From: Macrostomum hystrix
Taxonomy: Eukaryota; Animalia; Platyhelminthes
NCBI GenBank assembly: GCA_950097015.1
Contig: CATNEN010000001.1
Coordinates: forward strand, 4,650,001 to 4,714,000
Direction: 5' to 3'
DNA length: 64,000 nucleotides
The notes under the pieces were generated by a model, which saw only the letters and a list, made by a program, of their open reading frames with translations, did not search any database and had not been told where the DNA came from. This document shows positions 52,801-60,715 of this stretch, in pieces (the stretch's first letter is position 1; each line of letters starts with the position of its first letter). A program made the position numbers and the translations under genes.

Positions 52801-54870
52801 GCGACTGATCCCGCTGTGTCAAGGTCCTCGGGTCAGGAGGATCAGCAGTTAGCTCGTTGCAGCCAGTCCTGCCTGCCGACTGTTGGTCCCTCCGTGGGAC
52901 AGGGAGCAGAGGTGGAGGGGAGTTGTCAGACTCGTTGCGACCAGTCTCGCCTGTCAAGGACACCCCCTGCTGCCAGGGCTCCTGGGTCCAAGGACAAGGA
53001 GGACAAGGACAATGGAGAGCTGCCTCCGGTAAGAGCAGTGGTGACAGAGTTCCTGAAGGTGCCGGTTAGCCAGGTCGAGTTGCTAGAAGCTCAGCACCAA
53101 GACCCGGCAATCCGATACCTGACGGAACTGAAGCTGTCAGGAAGGCACAAGCCCAGGTTCGATCAGCGACTCCAGATGCCGAAAGAGGTCAGAGACCTCC
53201 TGGGTGCATTTGAGGAGCTGGAGGTGCGCGACGGGTTGCTCGTCATAGACTTTGATGACAACCGGCCGCCGCGACCAGTGCTACCGAAAGCGTTAGACTC
53301 GCGCGTCTTTGAGGCTTTGCATGATTCGCCCTTGGCGGGTCATCTCGGCCAGTCCAAGACGGTGCAGAGAGTGAGAGACAGGTTCTGGAGACCCGGTCTC
53401 TGGTCGGAGGCGACGGGGTACGTGGCACGTTGCAGGACATGCCTGGAGAGCAAGTCAAGGCGGAAGGAGATAGTCCCACCGCAGAGCTTTCCAGTGTGTG
53501 AGGTTTTGGGAAGGGTGCACGCCGACGTAATCGGGCCTTTGTCTCAACCAAGTGCCCGAGGACATCGGTACATCCTCACCCTGTGTGATGCAACATCGAA
53601 GTACCCGTTTGCCTACCCGATGCGAAACCAGAAGACGAAAACCGTGATCAAACTGCTGCTGGATAGGTTCATTCCCGAGTACGGTGCACCAGCCTGGCTG
53701 CACACGGACCAGGGGACGAACTTCATGAGTGCAGAGTTTGAAGACTTCTGTAAGCTGTATGGCATCCGTCATACGCACACGTGTCCCTATAACCCGGCCA
53801 GCAATGGCCAGGTCGAAAACCTGAATCGCCAAATCAAGTCAGTGCTCACGTGCCTGTTGGAAAAGGATCACAAGGATTGGGACCTGATGCTGCCCGCGTG
53901 CTTAATCGCGTTGCGCACCAGTGTCCACCCTGTGACCGGGTACACGCCGTACTTCCTGGTCTTCGGACGGGAGTACCGGCTGCCCGTGGACAACACGTTG
54001 ACTGCGCTGGCTGAGTACGCAGACTTGCCAGATTATCTCCGACATTTCCAGGAGCGCATAGACCAGGCGGTCAATTGTGCCCGGGACAAGCTCGAGAGGT
54101 ACCAGGTGCTGCGAGAAGAACACTACCAAGAAAGACCGCAGGCGAGACCACTCCGCCCAGGCCAGCTGGTCCTGCTTAACAACCCGGTGATCGAATCCGG
54201 CGAGATCAGCAAATTCCATCGGCCTAGACAATCGGTCTACGTAGTGCTCGAGTGTAAGGGCGAAACGGTGTACAAGATCAGGCGACACGGCAACACCAGG
54301 AAGGCCAGGAAGCAGGTGCTGGTAGTCCACCGGCGCAACCTGCTCCCGGTACCGGCCTCAATATGCGACAGGACGGAAGAGGCGAACCCGGCACGGCGGA
54401 AGCTTGGAAGGCCACCCAAGGGTAGCCCTCCAGCAGCTGACGCGGCCGGTGAGCCTGCCGACAGCGACGACGACAGTGACGACGACGAGATCGGCCTGTG
54501 GAGCGCTCGAAGGTGGCACCTGCGACCACGAGCTGTTTCCAGGTCGAATCTCCCCGAACCGGCCGGCCCAGAGATCTGCAACGGAGAAGAGGCGGGGGAG
54601 GCGTATGGTGATGTGGTTGTCCTGCCGTCGGACAGTCCGTTGCCCTCTCCAACCCTGTCCCCTATCCCATCCTCGGTGCACGGGGAAGTTGCAGAAAGTG
54701 TTAGGGCCGAAGGTGTAGGTGAGGCTGCTCAGATAGGTGAAGCTAGGGATCAGGAGCCGCAGCAGAGGCCACAAAGAGTTAGGCGAGAGCCGGAAAGGCT
54801 GCAAGTCGATCCAAGCAGAAAGTCCTATTTTGTCAGAGCAATGTATGGCCTACCTACAATGTTCCAGTGA
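49639..54870 (+). CDS. pol: Pol polyprotein (aspartic protease, RT, RNase H, Cys-repeat insert, integrase), probably made as Gag-Pol by frameshifting near 49760
   Basis: Motifs in order: FLIDSGS (PR); LDLAQGFWQI, LPMG and YIDD (RT); LDTDAS, ELLAV and SDHKAL (RH); H..H..C..C, HADVIGP, HTDQGTNF and NGQVE (IN). No stops or frameshifts. Confidence 0.97.
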   Translation: MPDEATQAALRAPHSGVPERATARAQAAVRAAGPRHSDVGKRDGEEHGRQCPSQSSSWTGLRETEESAGGEGRGSPSTSFLERWYASNADPYVTAMVSKKTVPFLIDSGSRRCLIGSETWASLRHVVPHAVLTGESALCNFDGSRLPVLGRVAFEVRLGDYAVDVEFCVTKGEHENILGIDFMRQHTQKIDFPKGMLTMKSGTRVPLRFTRREARASRVYSLEQTTVPARSSMLVAVKLAGGRTDCHGTPLLVESLRSGLKPGASQVEMAPTLLTMADGTGCVEVINTSCFPAVIRRNGLVGLARPLKADELEYLPELEETPVRQVQAEGLESDEAWLEEVEICERLTEEQRHRVKEMLRECREAFAMHPLDHGVTDLVTHEIIVTDPTPVRIPPRRIPPHLMEQLDKMLDEMLAKGIIKPTFSSYNTPLLIVPKKDKTIRIVLDYRELNSRCLKHVYPLPDIQQTFEHLRGAQYYSALDLAQGFWQIPLREQDRHLTAFSVHHRGQFEFTVLPMGMTDSAGSFQRCINKLLEGLTPKVALGYIDDILVHSPTFDDHLEHLRMMLTRIREAQFKLKPKKCHLFKRELHYLGHVVTPEGILTNEDKIAELRGWPTPRSAKELRSFLGLAQYYKKFVRNYSGIAAPLHELTKRDVTSLKGLWKTEHERAFQGLKDALCSTEVLAYPEYTSDPKVTFVLDTDASDDRIGACLNQLQSDGVERPVGYYSRKLRGPETRYTTTRKELLAVVDAMRHFRYFLVGKKFVVRSDHKALLWLMHQTEATGILGRWVERMSEFDFTIVHRPGKSHQNADSMSRKPDNPVNCSFGVVTPHNQFGASACTRQVSSQLEEGQERDNKQVEVNETAEPLRAVKPKAQGVIDGRPGWEAAVSEGLVEEPVLEPVEVRQDKAVLQGCQEDTTAGQPVRREAPVNGAPQSARCSRFCLQTVDAAVQTVATESSWSQGATREEHWVRGCDAKAQVQTQVVAEGSEVKEKVPARCSQSCLQAPDPEPLVCPETEEEVSARCSQSCLQTPNPAVEEFSETGEKSLARCSQSCLRATDPAVSRSSGQEDQQLARCSQSCLPTVGPSVGQGAEVEGSCQTRCDQSRLSRTPPAARAPGSKDKEDKDNGELPPVRAVVTEFLKVPVSQVELLEAQHQDPAIRYLTELKLSGRHKPRFDQRLQMPKEVRDLLGAFEELEVRDGLLVIDFDDNRPPRPVLPKALDSRVFEALHDSPLAGHLGQSKTVQRVRDRFWRPGLWSEATGYVARCRTCLESKSRRKEIVPPQSFPVCEVLGRVHADVIGPLSQPSARGHRYILTLCDATSKYPFAYPMRNQKTKTVIKLLLDRFIPEYGAPAWLHTDQGTNFMSAEFEDFCKLYGIRHTHTCPYNPASNGQVENLNRQIKSVLTCLLEKDHKDWDLMLPACLIALRTSVHPVTGYTPYFLVFGREYRLPVDNTLTALAEYADLPDYLRHFQERIDQAVNCARDKLERYQVLREEHYQERPQARPLRPGQLVLLNNPVIESGEISKFHRPRQSVYVVLECKGETVYKIRRHGNTRKARKQVLVVHRRNLLPVPASICDRTEEANPARRKLGRPPKGSPPAADAAGEPADSDDDSDDDEIGLWSARRWHLRPRAVSRSNLPEPAGPEICNGEEAGEAYGDVVVLPSDSPLPSPTLSPIPSSVHGEVAESVRAEGVGEAAQIGEARDQEPQQRPQRVRREPERLQVDPSRKSYFVRAMYGLPTMFQ
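49756..49803 (+). promoter_or_regulatory. -1 programmed ribosomal frameshift signal: G_GGA_AAC slippery site plus stem/pseudoknot
   Basis: GGGAAAC at 49756-49762 is in X_XXY_YYZ phase with gag. A 6-nt spacer precedes the stem GCGAGGAGCAC/GTGCCCCTCGC, whose loop GGAC can pair with GTCC at 49800-49803. Pol is in the -1 frame. Confidence 0.88.
52618..52955 (+). repeat. Five in-frame 78-bp (26-aa) repeat units within pol, core ARCSQSCL; a sixth copy at 52438
   Basis: The core (G/A)CTCGTTGC starts at 52618, 52696, 52774, 52852 and 52930, exactly 78 bp apart. Confidence 0.93.
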
Positions 54871-54958
54871 ATCCTTTGTCCGAAGCCTGTCGGAGAAGAA
54901 CTCAAAAGAAAGAAAAAGACAATAGGAGAAATTTTAACTAAAAGAAGATCTCCGGACA

Positions 54959-55870
54959 ATGGAAAATAAAGAGAACCAGGCGCCAGAGGAAAGGCAGCCG
55001 ACGCGGCCTCGTTTAATGGGCATCGCCCGCCGAGTGGGAGCGCCTTTAGAGGTAAGAGATCGGGTTGAGATTTTAAGGAGTCAATTTGGCAGAAGTGCGC
55101 CCTTCCCGCTGGGTCAGCGCTCGCCAAATTGGCATAAGAAATTCATGCCCTCACTGCCCCGCTCGCAGCAGTCCTCCAAGCGACTGGCTAGTGAAGCACA
55201 GGAGGCACCAGCCAAGAAGAAGTGTAGGGCGGTACAGGCGACGCCTATCACAGTCGAGGCCAGCGTCCAGGTACGGAGGCCAGTTTCTAGTACAAGCAGT
55301 AGTGGGTCGGACGAGGCCCAAGTCGACCCACAAGAGGATCTATGGGCAGCTCTGCAGGAGGGCATGCCCTCAGAAGATGAAGGGCTGTCCGACCCGGAGT
55401 CATCAGAAGAGTTGCCTATAGCCGAGGGGCCAGCGGCACCACCACCTCAGCCGTGGCTGCCACCCCAGGCCTCAACTTCAAGCGACAGTCAGGAGGAGGC
55501 CGGGGTAGACGCCAAGCCCAGGAGACGTCGTGGCGGCGCCCAACGCCGAAGGCAGCGCCGGGCGCAGTGGGGTCTGCGGACACCCGCCCGCCAGCACGCC
55601 ATTTTCGAAGTCGCGCAGGCGTTGGCCAGGGCAGCTCGGGGCCAGCGAGAGGACGGGTGGCCGGTGGAGGTCCATCAAGCCTTCGCTATCGAAGACAGGG
55701 CCACACGCAGGGAAATGGCTCATGAGGCGGCGGCCAGAGCCGAAGTTTTGGTCGGCGGACCCGCACTGGCTCCGCAACTACTGCTGGCGCGCTTTGGGCA
55801 GGTGGCCGTAGAATTGGTGGAAGGCTGGTGGCTGCCGGAAGCCCTGGTAAGAATGGCTCAAGCTCCATGA
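54959..55870 (+). CDS. Accessory ORF3 of the retrotransposon, 303 aa, unknown function, not env-like
   Basis: ATG-initiated intact ORF between pol and the 3' LTR. GC-rich like gag/pol and flanked by A-rich and T-rich non-coding tracts. No signal peptide or TM segment seen. Confidence 0.8.
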   Translation: MENKENQAPEERQPTRPRLMGIARRVGAPLEVRDRVEILRSQFGRSAPFPLGQRSPNWHKKFMPSLPRSQQSSKRLASEAQEAPAKKKCRAVQATPITVEASVQVRRPVSSTSSSGSDEAQVDPQEDLWAALQEGMPSEDEGLSDPESSEELPIAEGPAAPPPQPWLPPQASTSSDSQEEAGVDAKPRRRRGGAQRRRQRRAQWGLRTPARQHAIFEVAQALARAARGQREDGWPVEVHQAFAIEDRATRREMAHEAAARAEVLVGGPALAPQLLLARFGQVAVELVEGWWLPEALVRMAQAP

Positions 55871-56331
55871 ACGAAAGAGAGGCAGTCTGACATTTATCCA
55901 GGTAACCTTATGATAATAAATCAGGGTTAACATCGCTGTCCAGATCATGGATCTTGTGTAGGTAGTGCATGATTTGTTGTTATTTTGGTCGCTATGTGTT
56001 TTTTGCAATTGTTTAGTGTTCATGTCGTTACTATCCAGTTGTTGATTTTATTGTTTTTGTTGCTTATGCTCATCCAGTTTTCATGTGCCATTTATTTGCT
56101 AGTTCATAGCGTGGTGTGTTCCTTTTTGCGGATTGTGCATGTTTGTTCTGTCGGTGTTAGTTCCATTTTTCGGTGTGAATTTTGATGCGCCACTAAAGAT
56201 GGTCATTGTTTCATGTAGCTTCATCTTTATGCGCCATTAAAGAAGAAAGAAATAAAAAGGAAAGTGCTTACCTGAGTTTTTGGTTTAAGTGCGGCTGACG
56301 GCCAGCCGGTGTTGACCGTCATCCTTTAGCT

Positions 56332-56340
56332 GGAGGAGAA
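56332..56340 (+). other. Polypurine tract
   Basis: GGAGGAGAA immediately before the TG of the 3' LTR. Confidence 0.85.
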
Positions 56341-57008
56341 TGATGTGCTGTAGACTGCTGAGCAGCCTCCAGGCAATCTGTGAGTCAGGCTGTTCTAGGT
56401 CTGTGGGAGGGCTAGGGTTGGTAGTTAGTGTTTCCCGTGCACTGTCACATCCGCTCGCCACCCCCCTCCGCGCGCTCTCTCTCTCTTTCCAGCTCTGTCT
56501 GCGCACTGAGTCACATTGCACACCATGGTGCAATCGCTTAAGTTCGGAAGAAGACTGGCAGAACAACGCTCAAATGCTCCTACTATAAGTAGAGCACAGT
56601 CCGACGAATCCTTGAGATGGGGTTGTTATCATGGTAGCACGTTTTCTGTATGAATATGGCACGTTTCTTGTCTCCAGTCTTCATGCCGCTCGGAACAGTT
56701 TGTGATTACTTTCTGTGTCCATTCTTTTGGCTCTCTAAAGATCTTAGACAATTCTTGTTGGTCTAGGTCACACACTGCATTTAGAAGCTTGGTGTGTCAC
56801 CCGATCTAGCATAAGATCTGTGAGTTTAGCTAGAACGTGGACTAGGTAGAAGAAGTCACGAGAGAACTTAGCTGTCTAAGCCTGACTACCGGATTGTTCC
56901 TCTGCTAGGAAGTATCTGAGTGTGAGGCCGGATACTCTCTCTCTCGGAATCTAGTTCCTGTCTTGGTTATTTGCCAATTGTGTGTGCCACGCTACCACAG
57001 GTACAACA
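56341..57008 (+). repeat. 3' LTR, 668 bp
   Basis: Direct repeat of 47803-48470, followed by the CTAG TSD. Confidence 0.98.
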
Positions 57009-59583
57009 CTAGAATAGATTCCAAAGCAGAATCTAGAACAGATCCCAAACCAGAATCTAGAAGAGATCCCTAACCAGAATCTAGAACAGATCCCAAACCA
57101 GAATCTAGAACAGATCCCAAAGCAGAATCTAGAACAGATACCAAAGTAGAATCTAAAACAGATCCCTAACCATAATCTAGAACAGATTCAAAACCAGAAT
57201 CTAGAACAGATCCCAAACCAGAAGCTAGAAGAGATCCCAAAGTAGAATCTAGAATAGATTCCAAAGCAGAATCTAAAACAGATCCCTAACCATAATCTAG
57301 AACAGATTCCAAACCAGAATCTAGAACAGATCCCAAACCAGAATCTAGAAGAGATCCCAAAGTAGAATCTAGAACAGATCCCAAAGCAGAATCTAGAACA
57401 GATTCCAAAGCAGAATCTAAAACAGATCCCTAACCATAATCTAGAACAGATTCCAAACCAGAATCTAGAACAGATCCCAAACCAGAATCTAGAAGAGATC
57501 CCAAACCAGAATCTAGAACAGATTCCAAAGCAGAATCTAAAACAGATCCCAAACCAGAATCTAGAAGAGATCCCAAAGTAGAATCTAGAACAGATCCCAA
57601 ACCAGAATCTAGAAGAGATCCCAAACCAGAATCTAGAACAGATTCCAAAGCAGAATCTAAAACAGATCCCTAACCATAATCTAGAACAGATTCCAAACCA
57701 GAATCTAGAACAGATCCCAAACCAGAATCTAGAAGAGATCCCAAAGTAGAATCTAGAACAGATCCCAAACCAGAATCTAGAACAGATCCCAAACCAGAAT
57801 CTAGAAGAGATACCAAAGCAGAATCTAGAACAGATTCCAAAGCAGAATCTAAAACAGATCCCAAACCAGAATCTAGAAGAGATCCCAAAGTAGAATCTAG
57901 AACAGATCTCAAACCAGAATCTAGAAGAGATCCCAAACCAGAATCTAGAAGAGATCCCAAAGTAGAATCTAGAACAGATCCCAAACCAGAATCTAGAACA
58001 GATTCCAAAGCAGAATCTAAAACAGATCCCAAACCAGAATCTAGAAGAGATCCCAAAGTAGAATCTAGAACAGATCCCAAACCAGAATCTAGAACAGATT
58101 CCAAAGCAGAATCTAAAACAGATCCCTAACCATAATCTAGAACAGATTCCAAACCAGAATCTAGAACAGATCCCAAACCAGAATCTAGAAGAGATCCCAA
58201 AGTAGAATCTAGAACAGATCCCAAACCAGAATCTAGAACAGATCCCAAACCAGAATCTAGAAGAGATCCCAAAGTAGAATCTAGAACAGATCCCAAACCA
58301 GAATCTAGAACAGATCTCAAACCAGAATCTAGAACAGATACCAAAGCATAATCAAGAACAGATCCCAAACCAGAATCTAGAACAGATACCAAAGTAGAAT
58401 CTAGAACAGATCCCAAACCAGAATCTAGAACAGATACCAAAGCAGAATCTAGAAAAGATCCCAAAGCAGAATCTAAAAAAGATCCCAAAGCAGCATCTAG
58501 AACCGATCCCAAAGCAGAATCTAAAACAGATCCCTAACCAGAATCTAGAACAGATCCCAAACCAGAATCTAGAACAGATTCCAAACCAGAATCTAGAACA
58601 GATCCCAAAGCAGAATCTAAAAAAGATCCCAAAGCAGAATCTAGAACCGATCCCAAAGCAGAATCTAGAACCGATCCCAAAGCAGAATCTAAAACAGATC
58701 ACAAACCAGAATCTAGAACAGATTCCAAACCAGAATCTAGAACAGATCCCAAAGCAGAATCTAAAAAAGATCCCAAAGCAGAATCTAAAACAGATCCCTA
58801 ACCATAATCTAGAACAGATCACAAACCAGAATCTAGAACAGATTCCAAACCAGAATCTAGAACAGATCCCAAAGCAGAATCTAAAAAAGATCCCAAAGCA
58901 GAATCTAGAACAGATCACAAACCAGAATCTAGAACAGATTCCAAACCAGAATCTAGAACAGATTCCAAACCAGAATCTAGAACAGATTCCAAACCATAAT
59001 CTAGAACAGATCACAAACCATAATCTAGAACAGATCCCAAACCAGAATCTAGAACAGATCCCAAACCAGAATCTAGAACAGATCCCAAAGTAGAATCTAG
59101 AACAGATCACAAAGTAGAATCTAGAACAGATTCCAAAGCAGAATCTAGAACAGATCACAAACCAGAATCTAGAACAGATACCAAAGTAGAATCTAGAACA
59201 GATCCCAAACCAGAATCTAGAACAGATCCCAAAGCAGAATCTAAAAAAGATCCCAAAGCAGAATCTAGAACAGATCACAAACCAGAATCTAGAACAGATT
59301 CCAAACCAGAATCTAGAACAGATTCCAAACCAGAATCTAGAACAGATCCCAAACCAGAATCTAGAACAGATCCCAAAGCAGAATCTAAAAAAGATCCCAA
59401 AGCAGAATCTAGAACCGATCCCAAAGCAGAATCTAGAATAGATCCCAAAGCAGAATCTAAAACAGATCCCAAAGCAGAATCTAGAACAGATACCAAAGAA
59501 GAATCTAAAAAAGATCCCAAAGCAGAATCTAAAACAGATCCCTAACCAGAATATAGAACAGATCTATAACTTATCTAGAACAG
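57009..59583. repeat. 24-bp satellite, terminal segment (~106 monomers) with edge-specific variants
   Basis: The same monomer resumes after the element and decays at ~59550-59583. Confidence 0.97.
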
Positions 59584-59790
59584 ACACTGTAAGAAACGAG
59601 AGTGACATTGTTAGAAACAAGAGTGACACTGTAAGAAACGAGAGTGACATTCTTAGATACAAGGGTGACATTTTCAGATATAAGAGTGCCATTTTAGATA
59701 CTCTTGTTGATTGCAGGAGTGACATTGCTGAGTACAGGAGTGACATTGTTGAGTACAGGAGTGACATTGCTGAGTAAAGGAGTGAAATTG
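59584..59790. repeat. Degenerate 21-bp minisatellite (~9 units, core GAGTGACATTG) at the 5' end of septin intron 3
   Basis: Units such as AGTGACATTGTTAGAAACAAG and AGGAGTGACATTGCTGAGTAC recur at 21-bp spacing. Confidence 0.85.
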
Positions 59791-59798
59791 CTACATAC

Positions 59799-59949
59799 CT
59801 TCATCTCGAAAACGCTCTCCATCTCGGCCTCCATCTTGCGCAATTTGAACTCCCGTTCGCGCTTCTCTGCCTCCATCTGGGTCATTGGGTCCTTGCCATC
59901 CGTGGTGCTGAAGTTCGATTCCTGGGCTATGCCAGACAACTTGCTGAAT
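59799..59949 (-). CDS. SEPT7: Septin-7-like, coding exon 3 (start of the C-terminal coiled coil)
   Basis: Acceptor TTTTCCAG and donor AAG|GTATGT. Peptide (R)FSKLSGI...KDPMTQMEAEKREREFKLRKMEAEMESVFEMK resembles SEPT7 [32 protein letters not shown]. Phase matches exon 2. Confidence 0.9.
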
Positions 59950-60102
59950 CTGGAAAACGAATTTCGGCAATTAACTGTCAAATAGATATTCACTTACATT
60001 TAAGATCTCTAATTATTACACTTTAGATTTTTTTTATTAAACCTTTAAATCTGCAAAATTTACAAATTTAGTTTTGTAATAATATCCCTAAATGTGAAGG
60101 AC

Positions 60103-60715
60103 CTTCAGATCCCTAATCCTATCACCTCAGATCCCTAATCATACACCCTCAGATCCCTAATCATACAACCTCATATACCTAATCCTATATACCCTTGGAG
60201 CCCTAATCCTACACCCTGAGATCCGTAATCCTATACCCTCAGATCCCAAATCCGACACCCTCAGATCCCAAATCCTACACACTCAGATCCCTAATCCAAC
60301 ACCCTCAGATCCCTAATCCAACACCCTCAGATCCCTAATCCAACACCCTCAGATCCCTAATCCTAAACCCTCAGATCCCTAATCCTAAACCCTCAGATCC
60401 CTAATCCTAAACCCTCAGATCCCTAATCCTATACCCTCAGATCCCTAATCCTACACACTCAGATCCCTAATCCTAAACCCTCAGATCCCTAATCCTAAAC
60501 CCTCAGATCCCTAATCCTATACCCTCAGATCCCTAATCCTACACACTCAGATCCCTAATCCAAAACCCTCAGATCCCTAATCCTACACCCTCAGATCCCT
60601 AATCCTATATACCCTTGGATCCCTAATCCAACACCCTCAGTTCCCTAATCCAACACCCTCAGTTCCCTAATCCTACACCCTCAGATCCCCAATCATACAG
60701 TTACAATCCCAAATC
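60103..60715. repeat. 22-bp minisatellite (CCCTCAGATCCCTAATCCTANA), ~27 units, in septin intron 2
   Basis: Clear 22-bp period in 60280-60600 with degenerate flanks. Confidence 0.95.

Larger units (their letters stand above)
47803..57008 (+). mobile_element. Full-length Ty3/gypsy (Metaviridae) LTR retrotransposon, 9,206 bp, with an extra ORF3
   Basis: TG...CA LTRs at both ends, CTAG TSD (47799-47802 and 57009-57012), PBS, PPT, gag with CCHC, and pol in PR-RT-RH-IN order. Confidence 0.98.
1..59798 (-). other. Inferred giant septin intron 3 (>59.7 kb, 3' end outside the window)
   Basis: Strong donor GTATGT right after ...VFEMK. The expected continuation (VKEK... coiled coil) is not present anywhere in the window. 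Confidence 0.7.

Noticed and set aside
54959-55870. ORF3 as envelope protein
   Set aside because: No signal peptide, fusion peptide, TM anchor or Cys pattern; it is basic/acidic and looks nuclear.
47803-57012. Element length (9,210 bp with TSD) is close to the 9,240-bp super-repeat
   Set aside because: No mechanistic link, and the super-repeat offset also takes the value 9,936; treated as coincidence.
1-59583. CRISPR array
   Set aside because: Repeats are head-to-tail with no unique spacers, there are no cas genes, and the context is eukaryotic with introns.
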